Assembly (NCBI GenBank): GCA_964445695.1
Contig: CAYULF010000004.1
Span: 137,880-201,879 of the forward strand
Reading direction: 5' to 3'
DNA length: 64,000 bases
Source of the DNA: an uncultured Hyphomicrobiales bacterium
GTDB taxonomy: Bacteria; Bacteroidota; Ignavibacteria; Kapaibacteriales; UBA7675
Shown here piece after piece: positions 46,501 to 55,172 of this stretch; the stretch's first letter is position 1; every line of letters starts with the position of its first letter. Below the pieces are notes generated by a model. That model saw nothing but the letters and a program-made list of their open reading frames with translations. It was not told where the DNA came from and searched no databases. Position numbers and translations under genes: made by a program.

Positions 46501-48945
46501 GCCGATGGAAATCACCGCACCTGTGGAATAGATACCGCCGCCGTTGCGCCCCGCCGTGTTGTTCAACAGATCGCAGTAATCGACAAAACCAGCGTAGACG
46601 CCGTCGGCAAACACAACTCCGCCGTCCATGCCGGCTGCATTGTTGGCAAAGGTGCTTTGGTCAAGAAAGAAGTAGCTGAATCTGTCGCCTGCAACCGCCG
46701 CGCCGTTCTGAGTCGACGTGTTGTAGGAAACATTGCAGAGATAAGTCTCGATGTCACCGGCAAATGCGTGCAGCGCCCCGCCGTCGATGGCGGCGTGATT
46801 GTTTGTTACCGTACAGCTTTCCAGATAAGCCAGGGTAAAACCAAGAGGCTCGAGCACCACTTCAGGCAATTCCGGCAGCTCCGGCGGTCCCTCGAATTCT
46901 TCGTCATCATCGTCGTCCGGCGGGTAGGAGTTCACAGCTACGGCGCCGCCGTGATTGGTCGCGATGTTGCCGGACAAGTTGCACTCGTAAAAGAACATTC
47001 CCGACAGGAATCCCCATGCGGCGCCGCCGTCCTCGGCCTGGTTGTTTGCAAAGGTGCAGCCGATAAAGTTGATGCCGGACCCGGAAATGCGTACGCCGCC
47101 GCCGTTGTTGGCTGCTGTATTGTTCCTGAACGTACAGGATGTTACCATCAGTTCGTCGCCGCTGATTTTAGCAGCGCCGCCGGAAATACCGGCCGTGTTC
47201 CAGGCAAAGGTGCAGTTTTCCGTCCACTGGTGTGCGCCGCCCTGCTGGCGGTACGCGCCGCCGTTGTCCGTGGCGCGATTGTACATAAACGAAGAGTTCA
47301 CCATCACCAGATAGCCGAAATCTTGCGCGTACACCGCGCCGCCGCTCACGTCGGCAAAGTTGGAATCCAGGCGACAGTTAAAAAAGTACATCTCCGATTC
47401 TTCGTAGGTGTAGTACGCTCCCCCGCGCACCCAGGCCGTATTGTTGGCAAAGGTACAGTCGTAGGATTCGGCGTAGCCGAAGTCGATAAACACACCACCG
47501 CCGTCGCCGAAATTGGCGTGGTTGTTGCGGAAGCTGGAATTGGTCGAGATAATTTCGGATGAAAACGCAAATACCGCGCCGCCGTCGTAGTAGGCATTGT
47601 TGCCGTAGAAATAGCTGTCTTCCAGCCAGAGAAAATCCTCTTCGCCTTCCTGAAACAGGGCCCCGCCTATGATGGCCGCGGTATTGTTGCGGAAGGTGCA
47701 GGACGTCACCAGCGTAAAGTCGGGCACCAGGCACGCGCCACCGCCCGTGCTGGCCACGTTGTCTTCAAAAAGCGTCGAGTGCAGAAACAGGCCGCCGTTG
47801 AAATGTGCAATCCCCGCTCCGCTGCGCGTGCTGTAGTTGTTGATAAAGGTCGAGGACGTAACGATGGCGTCGCCCGAAATCCGCAGGCCGCCGCCGTTGC
47901 GAACGGTGCTGTTGTTGGCAAAGGTGCTGTGCGAAACATCAAGCAGCTCGCCGTCAAAACGGACGCCCGCGCCGGAGCGCGTCGACTGGTTGTTTACGAA
48001 CGTGCTGGAGGTGATGCTCAGTCCGCCGTAGGCAAAAATTGCTCCGCCTTCTTCGTCGACGTGGTTGCCGTCAAAGCGGCTGTGCTCCACCGTCATGAAG
48101 TCGCCGTCCAGGAATATCGCCGCGCCGCAGAGCGTCGCGTGGTTCGTCACAAAGTTGCAGTTGGCCACCGTCGCCGTTCCGAACACGTAGATGCCGGCGC
48201 CGCAACCGCCCGCGCGATTGTTCGCAAAGGTGCTGTTTTCCGCGCTGACGAGGCCCTCGTAAATATTGAGTACCGCCCCGGTGCCGTGCGATTCGTTGTC
48301 GTAGAAACTACATCCGCGCACCGTAATACTGCCGTAGTCAGCGTAGATCACCGAGCCTTCCGTAGCGCGGTTGTCAAAAGCCGCGCAGTTGATCATCTCA
48401 ATGTTTGCATCCGTGGCGCGAATTACCCCGCCCGCCGTCGACCAGGTGTCGGTAAAGTGCAGGTTTTTGAAGGTCACATTTGCATTGCTCACACAGAACA
48501 GCTGGTGCAGCGAAAGTCCGCTCAGCGTCACCTGCGAAGTCGTGCCGGAGACGATGAATAGATTTGTTGTCACCGAGATGCATCCGCGCGTCACTTCCAC
48601 GGGGCCGGGCACCTTGATCGAGATCGTGTCTCCGGGCGCCGCATTCTCAATTTCGTGGCGCAACGATCCTTCCATGTCGACATCCGAGGTCAACGTGACG
48701 GAATGCGTCGTGGCATACGCCGGCGCGAGACCGGCCAGTATGCCGACAAACAAAACGCACAACAAGGCCCTCAGGCGGCTCGTCGGTGCGATTCTTCGTC
48801 CGGGTGAGGACGTCAAAACACTGTCATGAGTAGGGATCATAGTGAAGCTCTCGTTGAACAATTGACAGGCCCGGTGACCTGATTTCCACAAATATTTGAA
48901 CAGTCGTCGGAGGAGGAGGTCTTCCATCCGCATCGGGAAGTGCAT
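43501..48945 (-). CDS. Giant secreted T9SS cargo protein (1814 aa). N-terminal right-handed parallel beta-helix (Pmp-like, GGAI/NxA repeats), then Ig-like and cadherin-like domains, a lactonase-type propeller, a cadherin-like domain and a T9SS CTD.
   Basis: Dozens of repeats such as FANNxAxxGGGAIY/FxNN. Signal peptide RLRALLCVLFVGILAGLAPAYA. C-terminus ...RLLDMSGRAV...AGVYVMFVEY...SIVIAP. Confidence 0.8.
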   Translation of the reverse strand: MHFPMRMEDLLLRRLFKYLWKSGHRACQLFNESFTMIPTHDSVLTSSPGRRIAPTSRLRALLCVLFVGILAGLAPAYATTHSVTLTSDVDMEGSLRHEIENAAPGDTISIKVPGPVEVTRGCISVTTNLFIVSGTTSQVTLSGLSLHQLFCVSNANVTFKNLHFTDTWSTAGGVIRATDANIEMINCAAFDNRATEGSVIYADYGSITVRGCSFYDNESHGTGAVLNIYEGLVSAENSTFANNRAGGCGAGIYVFGTATVANCNFVTNHATLCGAAIFLDGDFMTVEHSRFDGNHVDEEGGAIFAYGGLSITSSTFVNNQSTRSGAGVRFDGELLDVSHSTFANNSTVRNGGGLRISGDAIVTSSTFINNYSTRSGAGIAHFNGGLFLHSTLFEDNVASTGGGACLVPDFTLVTSCTFRNNTAAIIGGALFQEGEEDFLWLEDSYFYGNNAYYDGGAVFAFSSEIISTNSSFRNNHANFGDGGGVFIDFGYAESYDCTFANNTAWVRGGAYYTYEESEMYFFNCRLDSNFADVSGGAVYAQDFGYLVMVNSSFMYNRATDNGGAYRQQGGAHQWTENCTFAWNTAGISGGAAKISGDELMVTSCTFRNNTAANNGGGVRISGSGINFIGCTFANNQAEDGGAAWGFLSGMFFYECNLSGNIATNHGGAVAVNSYPPDDDDDEEFEGPPELPELPEVVLEPLGFTLAYLESCTVTNNHAAIDGGALHAFAGDIETYLCNVSYNTSTQNGAAVAGDRFSYFFLDQSTFANNAAGMDGGVVFADGVYAGFVDYCDLLNNTAGRNGGGIYSTGAVISIGWSTIANCTAAVHGGGILSHSRSTTNVTSCTISENTAGEDGGGILTQASELIATGNTFVLNVAGHFGGAIHNESAIKAHDNTFSQNSAAGHGGAIYSSKPLFLTSNTITLNVADNDDDGGGHGGGIYGPGGSIRSNIIAGNTDRGGEYPDVGGAFSSDGYNLIGTVGDLDFSSNTTGDRYGDPNGTTTKNAGAKESATTIDAGLQTLADNGGHTFTHALDLSSPAINHGAPTGVAPLDQRERLAYGIRDIGSFEALPPLEILGATTACVGVGSIYSLRFFSTEHSYSWFFQDGSDPGFELNATSTSGAVGWNLETIATVTVVEDFPDGSSRATTLVVSTFPVLGQMDYVCVTAGSTVTFNVLNNDIAAGLTVTGLNNEEMLSGTASWISSGVITYTAPADFTGFETFSYTAQGESLCTGITVNVVIAVKPTEESQPNLSYVQRKQDRSGGVRGLKRVADVALTSDGRYVFGAGWSDHSVAMFERNVSTGTLTYLGRARHLRRGVSNMRYPSALALSPDESVLYVTSYADNSLLVFNIDYDNGELDLYNILSGDGGPDPLQNPVGVAASSDGRSVYVASFNNHSLAHFETQSSAANISFVGLYQDGQEGIDGLRNAMGVAVSPDGKNVYVAGNGDDAVAVFRRSLNDGTLSWETQYRDGINGVDGLASPTSVALSPDSKSVYVTGLGDKALAVFKRNPQTCTMTFTEKIKDGQNGVDGLYGAYDVQCSDDGRSVYVVGELDNAIALFRRSLADCSLTYVQCLKDGQGGVDGLRRVRALDVSNDSRHVYCAGRNDNAISVFARNLAPEAVNDNGGGVAPSSNKTISVLSNDSDPENDALTVTAKTDGTLGTVAITGGGTTVEYSAGAASGVDSFTYTIEDGNGGSSTATVTITVAAVKQGDEPVAIVESEIRVSPHPVGQFADVVIETGSDAPLDIRLLDMSGRAVCAFSLPAAYTGAHQFSIEGREVNGVKLAAGVYVMFVEYVDGDGVAQQLRRSIVIAP

Positions 48946-49297
48946 TCCACGCGACAGTAATCCGGATACTGCAATCTACAGCTCGGTGTTTGTCACTCAA
49001 CCACTACAAATCTACTACAGGTCCGCTCGGCAGTTTTCCACACGACTCAATTTCAGCTATCTCCGGCCCCAAATTTGCATAAATATTGCGGAACCGGCCG
49101 AATTCACACCGGAACCCGGAACTTGACACATTCGCCTGCTTTGGACATTTGATCGATTTCTGAGCGCTTGCGCCTCTGCGCCGCGTCGTTTCACTTGCGT
49201 CTTGCGGCTGGCTTTTTGAGCTTTTGTTTGTCGGCGGGGTTGTAGTTTCGGGATTTTGTATAGGTGAGACGTCCTCAGGCCTTCTACTTGAAACTCA

Positions 49298-49348
49298 GTG
49301 ACTACGTAATACTACGTAGGAGCTGTGAGCCCTAAGGGCTCACAGCTC
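49298..49348. repeat. REP-like palindromic element, copy 2.
   Basis: GTGACTACGTAATACTACGTAGGAGCTGTGAGCCCTAAGGGCTCACAGCTC. Confidence 0.8.
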
Positions 49349-49552
49349 AAAACCTTGCGTGCCAGGTTTTGTTGAATCATTGAAATCTGGACAAACGGCC
49401 GCTATTGACCGGCGAACGCACTGTATTGTTAACCCACCGGTCGTTTTCCTGTGAACGGCAGATCCCCGTGAGAAATAGTAGAGTCGAGAACTGAAACCGG
49501 AGTGAGCAAAAGCACTCGTACAGTGCCAGAGTGAGAAAATGCGGTCATCCTG

Positions 49553-50071
49553 CTATTGGCCCTGCAAAATTCCAGGCTCTTCGTCTGAAGACTCCCGCCG
49601 CAACAACAAACCCTCGCGCGTCCACGGCCAGAAGTGCAAAACCACCGCGGGCAGGTGATAAATCACTGTGTGGATGAATTCATAGTCCGTGTCGGACCAC
49701 AAAAACACCAGGTGTGAAAGAATAATCAAAAACACAATGTTGATCGACACGTGAGTTCGGACGGAAACTTCCCGGCTCGCCGCCAGAATTCTGACTGTTC
49801 CGTAACTCAGCAGTCCGGCCAGCAAAAACCACACAAACGCAAAGGGCGTACCGGAAAAGACAAAGAGCGGAAGATTCTCCAGGCTGTCGGCATCCAGCCT
49901 CGAACCCCCATCGGAAAACGGCAGAACAAAATAGATGTTGACCAGAATGACAAAACCCAAAGCGTAGAGCGCCGCCACGGCCACCAGGCGCACCAGCATC
50001 GCCGTAATCTCCGCCAGACGCGATTGCGGCGCCTTCCGGTTTTCCTTTTCGTTTTCCGCGCTTGCCGACAT
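49553..50071 (-). CDS. Hypothetical integral membrane protein (~172 aa, ~4 TM).
   Basis: Hydrophobic segments LVRLVAVAALYALGFVILVNIYFVL, FAFVWFLLAGLLSYG, INIVFLIILSHLVFL. The start at 50071 is preceded by GGAGG (acggaggtgccATG). The ORF track extends it to 50146. Confidence 0.6.
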   Translation of the reverse strand: MSASAENEKENRKAPQSRLAEITAMLVRLVAVAALYALGFVILVNIYFVLPFSDGGSRLDADSLENLPLFVFSGTPFAFVWFLLAGLLSYGTVRILAASREVSVRTHVSINIVFLIILSHLVFLWSDTDYEFIHTVIYHLPAVVLHFWPWTREGLLLRRESSDEEPGILQGQ

Positions 50072-50255
50072 GGCACCTCCGTGTTGTGTTGCTGTGTTCC
50101 CCGATTTTTTGCTCCGGACGATCCGGCCAAGCGTGCTGTTGCCCACCCGACAAATCTAACTCGATTCACTGATATTCTACAAGCTGTGAAGTCGCCGATA
50201 ATAAATCACGGCCTCGTTTGTCGCCGACTGCAAACCACTGTGCTTGAAGCACAAT

Positions 50256-50310
50256 AATTAACAAAAGGGTCAAAAGAGCCTGAGACGCGGACGCGGCTCA
50301 AAGCGGTCAT
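50256..50310 (+). repeat. Dispersed intergenic element, copy 6 (short variant).
   Basis: attaacaaaagggtcaaaagagcctgagacgcggacgcggctcaaagcggtcatg. Ends 4 nt before the 3' end of the 50314..51879 gene. Confidence 0.75.
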
Positions 50311-50313
50311 GAA

Positions 50314-51879
50314 TCAGTTAACATCCGCCAGTTCAGCCAAAGAGTCGTTAAACACACAGCCGCTGCCGAACTCCTCGCGTACGACCTCCGCCCAGGTGCG
50401 CCCCTCGTATTTGGCGCGGACCCACTGTGCAAAGTCAAAGCGTTTTATGGCACCGTATTCCAGGCGATCCCGTTTAAGCATCTGCATCTCCTCGTAGAAG
50501 GGCTTCCACTCGGCGGCGCTCAGATTGGTGCGCCCAAGCTGGATCACGTGTTTAAACAGACGTCTTAAACAATCTTCAAGACGGTATACCTGACCGCGCA
50601 CCTGCAATTGCGACCAGACCGAAGGAAGCAGCGACTCCAGCGTGTCGATATTCCCCATCTCAAAATGCAACAGCAGAAGCAGCAGACGAGAGCCGTAGTA
50701 GCGCTGGGTGCTCAGCTGGCGCACATTCGGGTAGGAAAAATAAGCGTTTAAACTATCGACAGCCTTGTCGTATTTCCCGATTCCGAAGTAGGCGCAGGAA
50801 CGCAAATGATAAACGAACAGCGTGTTCTCCGAGTCGAGTTGACGATCCGCAAGTTCGTGTTCGCGCGCGGCACTGTCGAGCTGCTCCAACGCCAACTCAA
50901 ACTCGCCGCGTACGCTGGACATATACGGCGGCAAAATGAGCGCAACCCAATACATGCTGTCGTGTCCCCTCGCGATCTGGGACCGGCACTCGTCAATTAA
51001 AGTCGCGTGATAGTGCGCGAACTTGTCGGCATCTTCAGCTTCGATACTGCTTAAACAGGTGTTGTACAACGCAGCCGAAACCGTGCTGCGATAACGACTC
51101 AGATTCGGAAAGGTGATGGACAGCTGGTATAATTCTTCATAATAGTGCAGCGCTTCGGCTGTATTGTTAACCATGCGGTGGCAGGTAGCCAGACTTAACA
51201 ACATATTGCGCCGTCCGAGGACGGAGGAAACGCCGAAAGGATTTTGCATCATCGGGTGGCGCATAATCGATTCGTATTCGGCCAGCTCATCGGCATTGCG
51301 CGGGTGGAACAACTTCGTCATGGCGATATAGGTTCTTTTGATGACCGGCAGCGTCTCGATATATTCAAAGAACATGTCGCGGTTGATGCTGATTTGCTCG
51401 AGAACCTCTTCCAGCTGTTGTTCGAATTTGACGGCGTCCTTGGAAAAGAGGTGGGAAAAACTCTGCAGCAGCGATTCGAGCGCGCGCCCGGCAAGCTGGT
51501 TGCGGTCGGCAATGCCGCGCGCTTTTTTGAGAAGGGTCATCGCCTGACCGGTCAGACCTTTCTTATCGAGTATGATTGCCTGGGCGTTTAACATCGAAAC
51601 CTGCGCCTCGGGCGTGTCTTCCAGGTTAAACAGATATAGCGCCTTGAGCAGCGACTGGTACAGGTAGCGTTTCAGCGCGGCAAAATTGACGGCGTCGCCG
51701 CCGAACTGCGCACGCAGACTCGCCTCGTCGTATTCCTCCTGTGCATCGACCGCATCGAAGAGATCCAGATAACGCGTGTTGCCCTGCCCGGCGTGAATGC
51801 CGGACTGCAGTCGGAAAAAGCGCTTTTCGCTCCGGTTCATTGTGCGAATCAACTCGAACAGCTTGTCGCTCTTTTTCAT
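50314..51879 (-). CDS. Hypothetical helical-repeat (TPR-like) protein, 521 aa.
   Basis: Long ORF with predicted all-alpha repeat character and no catalytic motif. Confidence 0.5.
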   Translation of the reverse strand: MKKSDKLFELIRTMNRSEKRFFRLQSGIHAGQGNTRYLDLFDAVDAQEEYDEASLRAQFGGDAVNFAALKRYLYQSLLKALYLFNLEDTPEAQVSMLNAQAIILDKKGLTGQAMTLLKKARGIADRNQLAGRALESLLQSFSHLFSKDAVKFEQQLEEVLEQISINRDMFFEYIETLPVIKRTYIAMTKLFHPRNADELAEYESIMRHPMMQNPFGVSSVLGRRNMLLSLATCHRMVNNTAEALHYYEELYQLSITFPNLSRYRSTVSAALYNTCLSSIEAEDADKFAHYHATLIDECRSQIARGHDSMYWVALILPPYMSSVRGEFELALEQLDSAAREHELADRQLDSENTLFVYHLRSCAYFGIGKYDKAVDSLNAYFSYPNVRQLSTQRYYGSRLLLLLLHFEMGNIDTLESLLPSVWSQLQVRGQVYRLEDCLRRLFKHVIQLGRTNLSAAEWKPFYEEMQMLKRDRLEYGAIKRFDFAQWVRAKYEGRTWAEVVREEFGSGCVFNDSLAELADVN

Positions 51880-52162
51880 TGAATCCTCATTTTCTCAAAT
51901 TCTCCGTTTGCCGCCGACGCAGGATTTTCAGCTCCAAATCCACCGGTAAATGCCGAATCTGCGACAGAAAAAGCGATTCTCAGGCTGTACAGACAAAAAA
52001 ACGACGGGTTTGGATACGGATTTCAACAAAAAAAGCGCGCGATTGAATTCTCATTTGTCCCGACGACAGGCTTTGCCGGCGCGCAGAGGCATGTCTAGAT
52101 TGGCGTTACGAGGGTACTGCAGCACTCCCGTTTTCATTCATGAACTTAACGGGACGCTAATA

Positions 52163-53482
52163 ATGTTTCAACTTGATACTACACATTCAAATCGATTGAA
52201 AACCCTGCGCAAGTCGCTTTGCTGTTTTGGCGCGCTGCTGCTCTGCGGCACGACACAGCTGGACGCGCAATGGGTCGACATCTCCCCGGTGCAGACAGAA
52301 TACTCCGATCTGCTGCTGTTCGGGGCCGATTTCTACAGCGACGACATCGGGCTTGCCGTCGGTCAGGATCTGGCGACAAGTCGCGGCGTGGTGGCACACA
52401 CAACGGACGGCGGCCAAAGCTGGAACCTGGGCCATTTTGAAGCCGAACACCTGCGCGGCGTCGGCTACTTCACGGAGCAGTCTATTCTGGTTATGGGCTA
52501 CGATGGTCCTCCGGGTACCAAAACGCTGTTGCACCTGACGGGCGATGGCGGCGAAAACTGGATCAACGCGGAGATTCCGCAGGTCACCGGCACCGATGAG
52601 CTGGATGTTGTCGGCCCGACGGCCGCATGGGCCATGGGCTACGGCACGTCCGTTGGTTTTTCCGGCGGCATCATGCGCACGCTGGACGGCGGCCAGAGCT
52701 GGGACCTCAAGATGGCTATCGACGGCACGATTTTCGCCGGGCAATGCGCGCTCGACGAAAACACGGTCTTTGTAGCAGTCACGGACTTCGTCATCGGCGC
52801 AATGTTTAAAACGCTCGACGGCGGCGAAACCTGGACGCAATACAACTTTGATGAATGGACGGAAGACGTCTTTTTCATCGACAAAAACGTCGGTTTTGTG
52901 CTGGCGCGCGACAAGATGTATAAAACAAACGACGGAGGTGAAAACTGGGTCGCCACGGACATCTCCGACGCCGTGGACCGCATCTGGTTTACCAGCGAAA
53001 CAACCGGTTATGCCATCGGAAACGACGGCCTGGCACAGATGACCGAGGACGGCGGCGAAAGTTGGACGGACATGGATATCGACACGGACTACGACCTGAT
53101 GCAGTTTGCGCAGCACGGCGACTATCTCTACGCGGTCGGTCAGCAGGCCAGCGTTTTCCGCCTGGAGATCGGACAATCTCCGACGGATGTCAATATCGAA
53201 GCCGCCGCTGCGGAAGAATTGTTAAACATGAACGTGTCGCCCATGCCGCTTGCATCGGAAGGCACACTGACGTACACGCTTCAAACTGAAACGCGGCAGC
53301 ACGTTGATATCGCCCTCACTGATGTCGCCGGCCGCCGCGTTAAAACCCTCGTTGACTCCGTCCACGAACCCGGCGAGCACGCACTCACGCTCAACCTCGC
53401 GGCCTATCCGGCCGGCGTATGGTTTTTGACGGCCACGGTAAATGGACAGCAGTCTGTGTTCCCGCTTACAATCCATCGCTAA
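52163..53482 (+). CDS. BNR/Asp-box repeat beta-propeller protein (Ycf48/sortilin-like) with a T9SS C-terminal sorting domain.
   Basis: Signal peptide MFQLDTTHSNRLKTLRKSLCCFGALLLCGTTQLDAQ. Asp-box repeats TTDGGQSW, TGDGGENW, TLDGGQSW, TLDGGETW, TNDGGENW, TEDGGESW. C-terminus ...LTDVAGRRVKTL...AGVWFLTATV...LTIHR. Confidence 0.75.
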   Translation: MFQLDTTHSNRLKTLRKSLCCFGALLLCGTTQLDAQWVDISPVQTEYSDLLLFGADFYSDDIGLAVGQDLATSRGVVAHTTDGGQSWNLGHFEAEHLRGVGYFTEQSILVMGYDGPPGTKTLLHLTGDGGENWINAEIPQVTGTDELDVVGPTAAWAMGYGTSVGFSGGIMRTLDGGQSWDLKMAIDGTIFAGQCALDENTVFVAVTDFVIGAMFKTLDGGETWTQYNFDEWTEDVFFIDKNVGFVLARDKMYKTNDGGENWVATDISDAVDRIWFTSETTGYAIGNDGLAQMTEDGGESWTDMDIDTDYDLMQFAQHGDYLYAVGQQASVFRLEIGQSPTDVNIEAAAAEELLNMNVSPMPLASEGTLTYTLQTETRQHVDIALTDVAGRRVKTLVDSVHEPGEHALTLNLAAYPAGVWFLTATVNGQQSVFPLTIHR

Positions 53483-53550
53483 TGCCCGACGGATTGCAAC
53501 ACTGCCCCCGGAACCGTCTGCGGGTTCGCTGTCGACGGAACTGCGTCTGA

Positions 53551-53600
53551 CTGCCGCCTTTTTGCACCTGGTGCAGAGAGGCGGCAGTTTGTTTTTTTTA
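53551..53600 (+). terminator. Rho-independent terminator after the BNR gene.
   Basis: CTGCCGCCT...AGGCGGCAG hairpin followed by TTTGTTTTTTTTA. Confidence 0.75.
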
Positions 53601-53615
53601 CTGTGCGAATCTTCT

Positions 53616-54170
53616 TTAATCTTTGCTGTGTATTTGTTCGCTTTTGTGCAGCGCCAGCAACATGTTTAGGTCATCATCAATCTGTTCAGACCTCTGCACC
53701 GAGAAACGCATCTGTTTAATCTCACCGTTGTACACGTAAAACGTTGTCGGTGTTGAGCGAAGTTCGTGTTTGCCGGCAAAGAATTTTGACGCCAGTTCCT
53801 GATGGGAAAAAACAAGGAAAGCAAAAGTAAAACCGGCCAGTTTTTCCCTTCTCATGATACCAGCCCTCAACACCGAAAAGGCGTTCGCGATATCCGGCCC
53901 GCTCCAGACAGCATACGAAACGACAACAAGCGGACCGCGCGCATATTTACTATCGGTGATTTTTTCGTGTAGTTTGACTACGGTGAAATTTGAGGGAACC
54001 ACGCGATGAAATTCGTACATAACTTCATCGGTGTCTTCATCCTTCCCTATGTAGTTGAGTACAGATTCTATCTTGTGATTCGCCAGGGCTTGCGGCGCTT
54101 CTATTCCCAACTCTTCGGCTATTGAAGCAATTATTTCTGCAAGCGTCTTTGTTTTTTTCTCGTTGGACAT
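53616..54170 (-). CDS. Thioredoxin-fold protein lacking the CxxC motif (WSGPD in place of WCGPC).
   Basis: LVVVSYAVWSGPDIANAF aligns to the thioredoxin VDFWAEWCGPCKMIAP. C-terminal ...STPTTFYVYNGEIKQMRF resembles the cis-Pro/NGE region. The likely start is MSNEKK at 54170 (ORF opens at 54227). Confidence 0.55.
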   Translation of the reverse strand: MSNEKKTKTLAEIIASIAEELGIEAPQALANHKIESVLNYIGKDEDTDEVMYEFHRVVPSNFTVVKLHEKITDSKYARGPLVVVSYAVWSGPDIANAFSVLRAGIMRREKLAGFTFAFLVFSHQELASKFFAGKHELRSTPTTFYVYNGEIKQMRFSVQRSEQIDDDLNMLLALHKSEQIHSKD

Positions 54171-54371
54171 TCGTTCTCGTCGGATTGGTGTCACAAAGTC
54201 AATTTCAATGTTATTGCTTAGGACCACATCGAATATGTTTGATGGAGAGAATGGAGAACCGCACTCGTTGCAATCAGCCTCACCGGATTAAACGTACTTT
54301 CGATCACCACTTGAATCCCCAATATTCGTCACTTGACGTCAAGCTGTCAAGAATTTAACGAACTGGAATTT

Positions 54372-55151
54372 CTAGAACGGAATAGTACAAAAGCACGCTG
54401 TATCAAACTTCGACATGTCTTCGGAACACCAGTACCAGCCTCCATTATAGTATACATAAACCGCTTCCAAAAGCTTGACAGCGTGAAAACGTCTGTTGTT
54501 GGCAGGCTCTCCATCCGGTGTTGCGCTCAAATGAATCATCTCAGAATAATAAACACAGTTGATTTCATCATACTTCAGTGTCACGGTCAGTCGCCGCCGA
54601 ACATCCGGCTTGTCATTCTCAATGCAGTAATAGTCTTGTTTGAGTCGTAATATCGGTCGACCATTGCGTACCCGATTTTCCAGGGCTACCGAATCGCGCC
54701 CATAGAAGTATGATCCTTGACGGTCGATAAATTCGCCCATAAAAAACCGCTCATAACTCTGCAGATTAAGACTTGTCACCAATTCGCCATTTCGCACGGT
54801 CAGAATTATCAATTGTTCATAGCTTGTGTTCGATCCTCCGCGCAGCCACAGTCTATACGCCAGTTGATCGGAGTCACCAATGTCGATCCTGCCCGTTGTC
54901 CATCTGACGCTTCGAGTATAGAAACTATCGATGACGACATGATCGCGCAAATCAATCAGTCTAAACACCAGTTCCCGACGAATGATGTCCTGATCAACTT
55001 CAACATAGGTCAGTAGTTCCGGTAATCGGACTGCTGAGTGGCTCGGAGGCAGTAACTGTCCGAACACGAGTGCGGGCAACAGACAGATTAAAACAAGCCC
55101 TGTAGTCAACGTGCAGAACACTCGAAACAACATCTCAATATTTTCCGACAT
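54372..55151 (-). CDS. Hypothetical secreted protein (259 aa).
   Basis: Signal peptide MLFRVFCTLTTGLVLICLLPALVFGQ. No recognisable domain. Confidence 0.5.
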   Translation of the reverse strand: MSENIEMLFRVFCTLTTGLVLICLLPALVFGQLLPPSHSAVRLPELLTYVEVDQDIIRRELVFRLIDLRDHVVIDSFYTRSVRWTTGRIDIGDSDQLAYRLWLRGGSNTSYEQLIILTVRNGELVTSLNLQSYERFFMGEFIDRQGSYFYGRDSVALENRVRNGRPILRLKQDYYCIENDKPDVRRRLTVTLKYDEINCVYYSEMIHLSATPDGEPANNRRFHAVKLLEAVYVYYNGGWYWCSEDMSKFDTACFCTIPF

Positions 55152-55172
55152 TCAAATCAATGGATTTCCATC

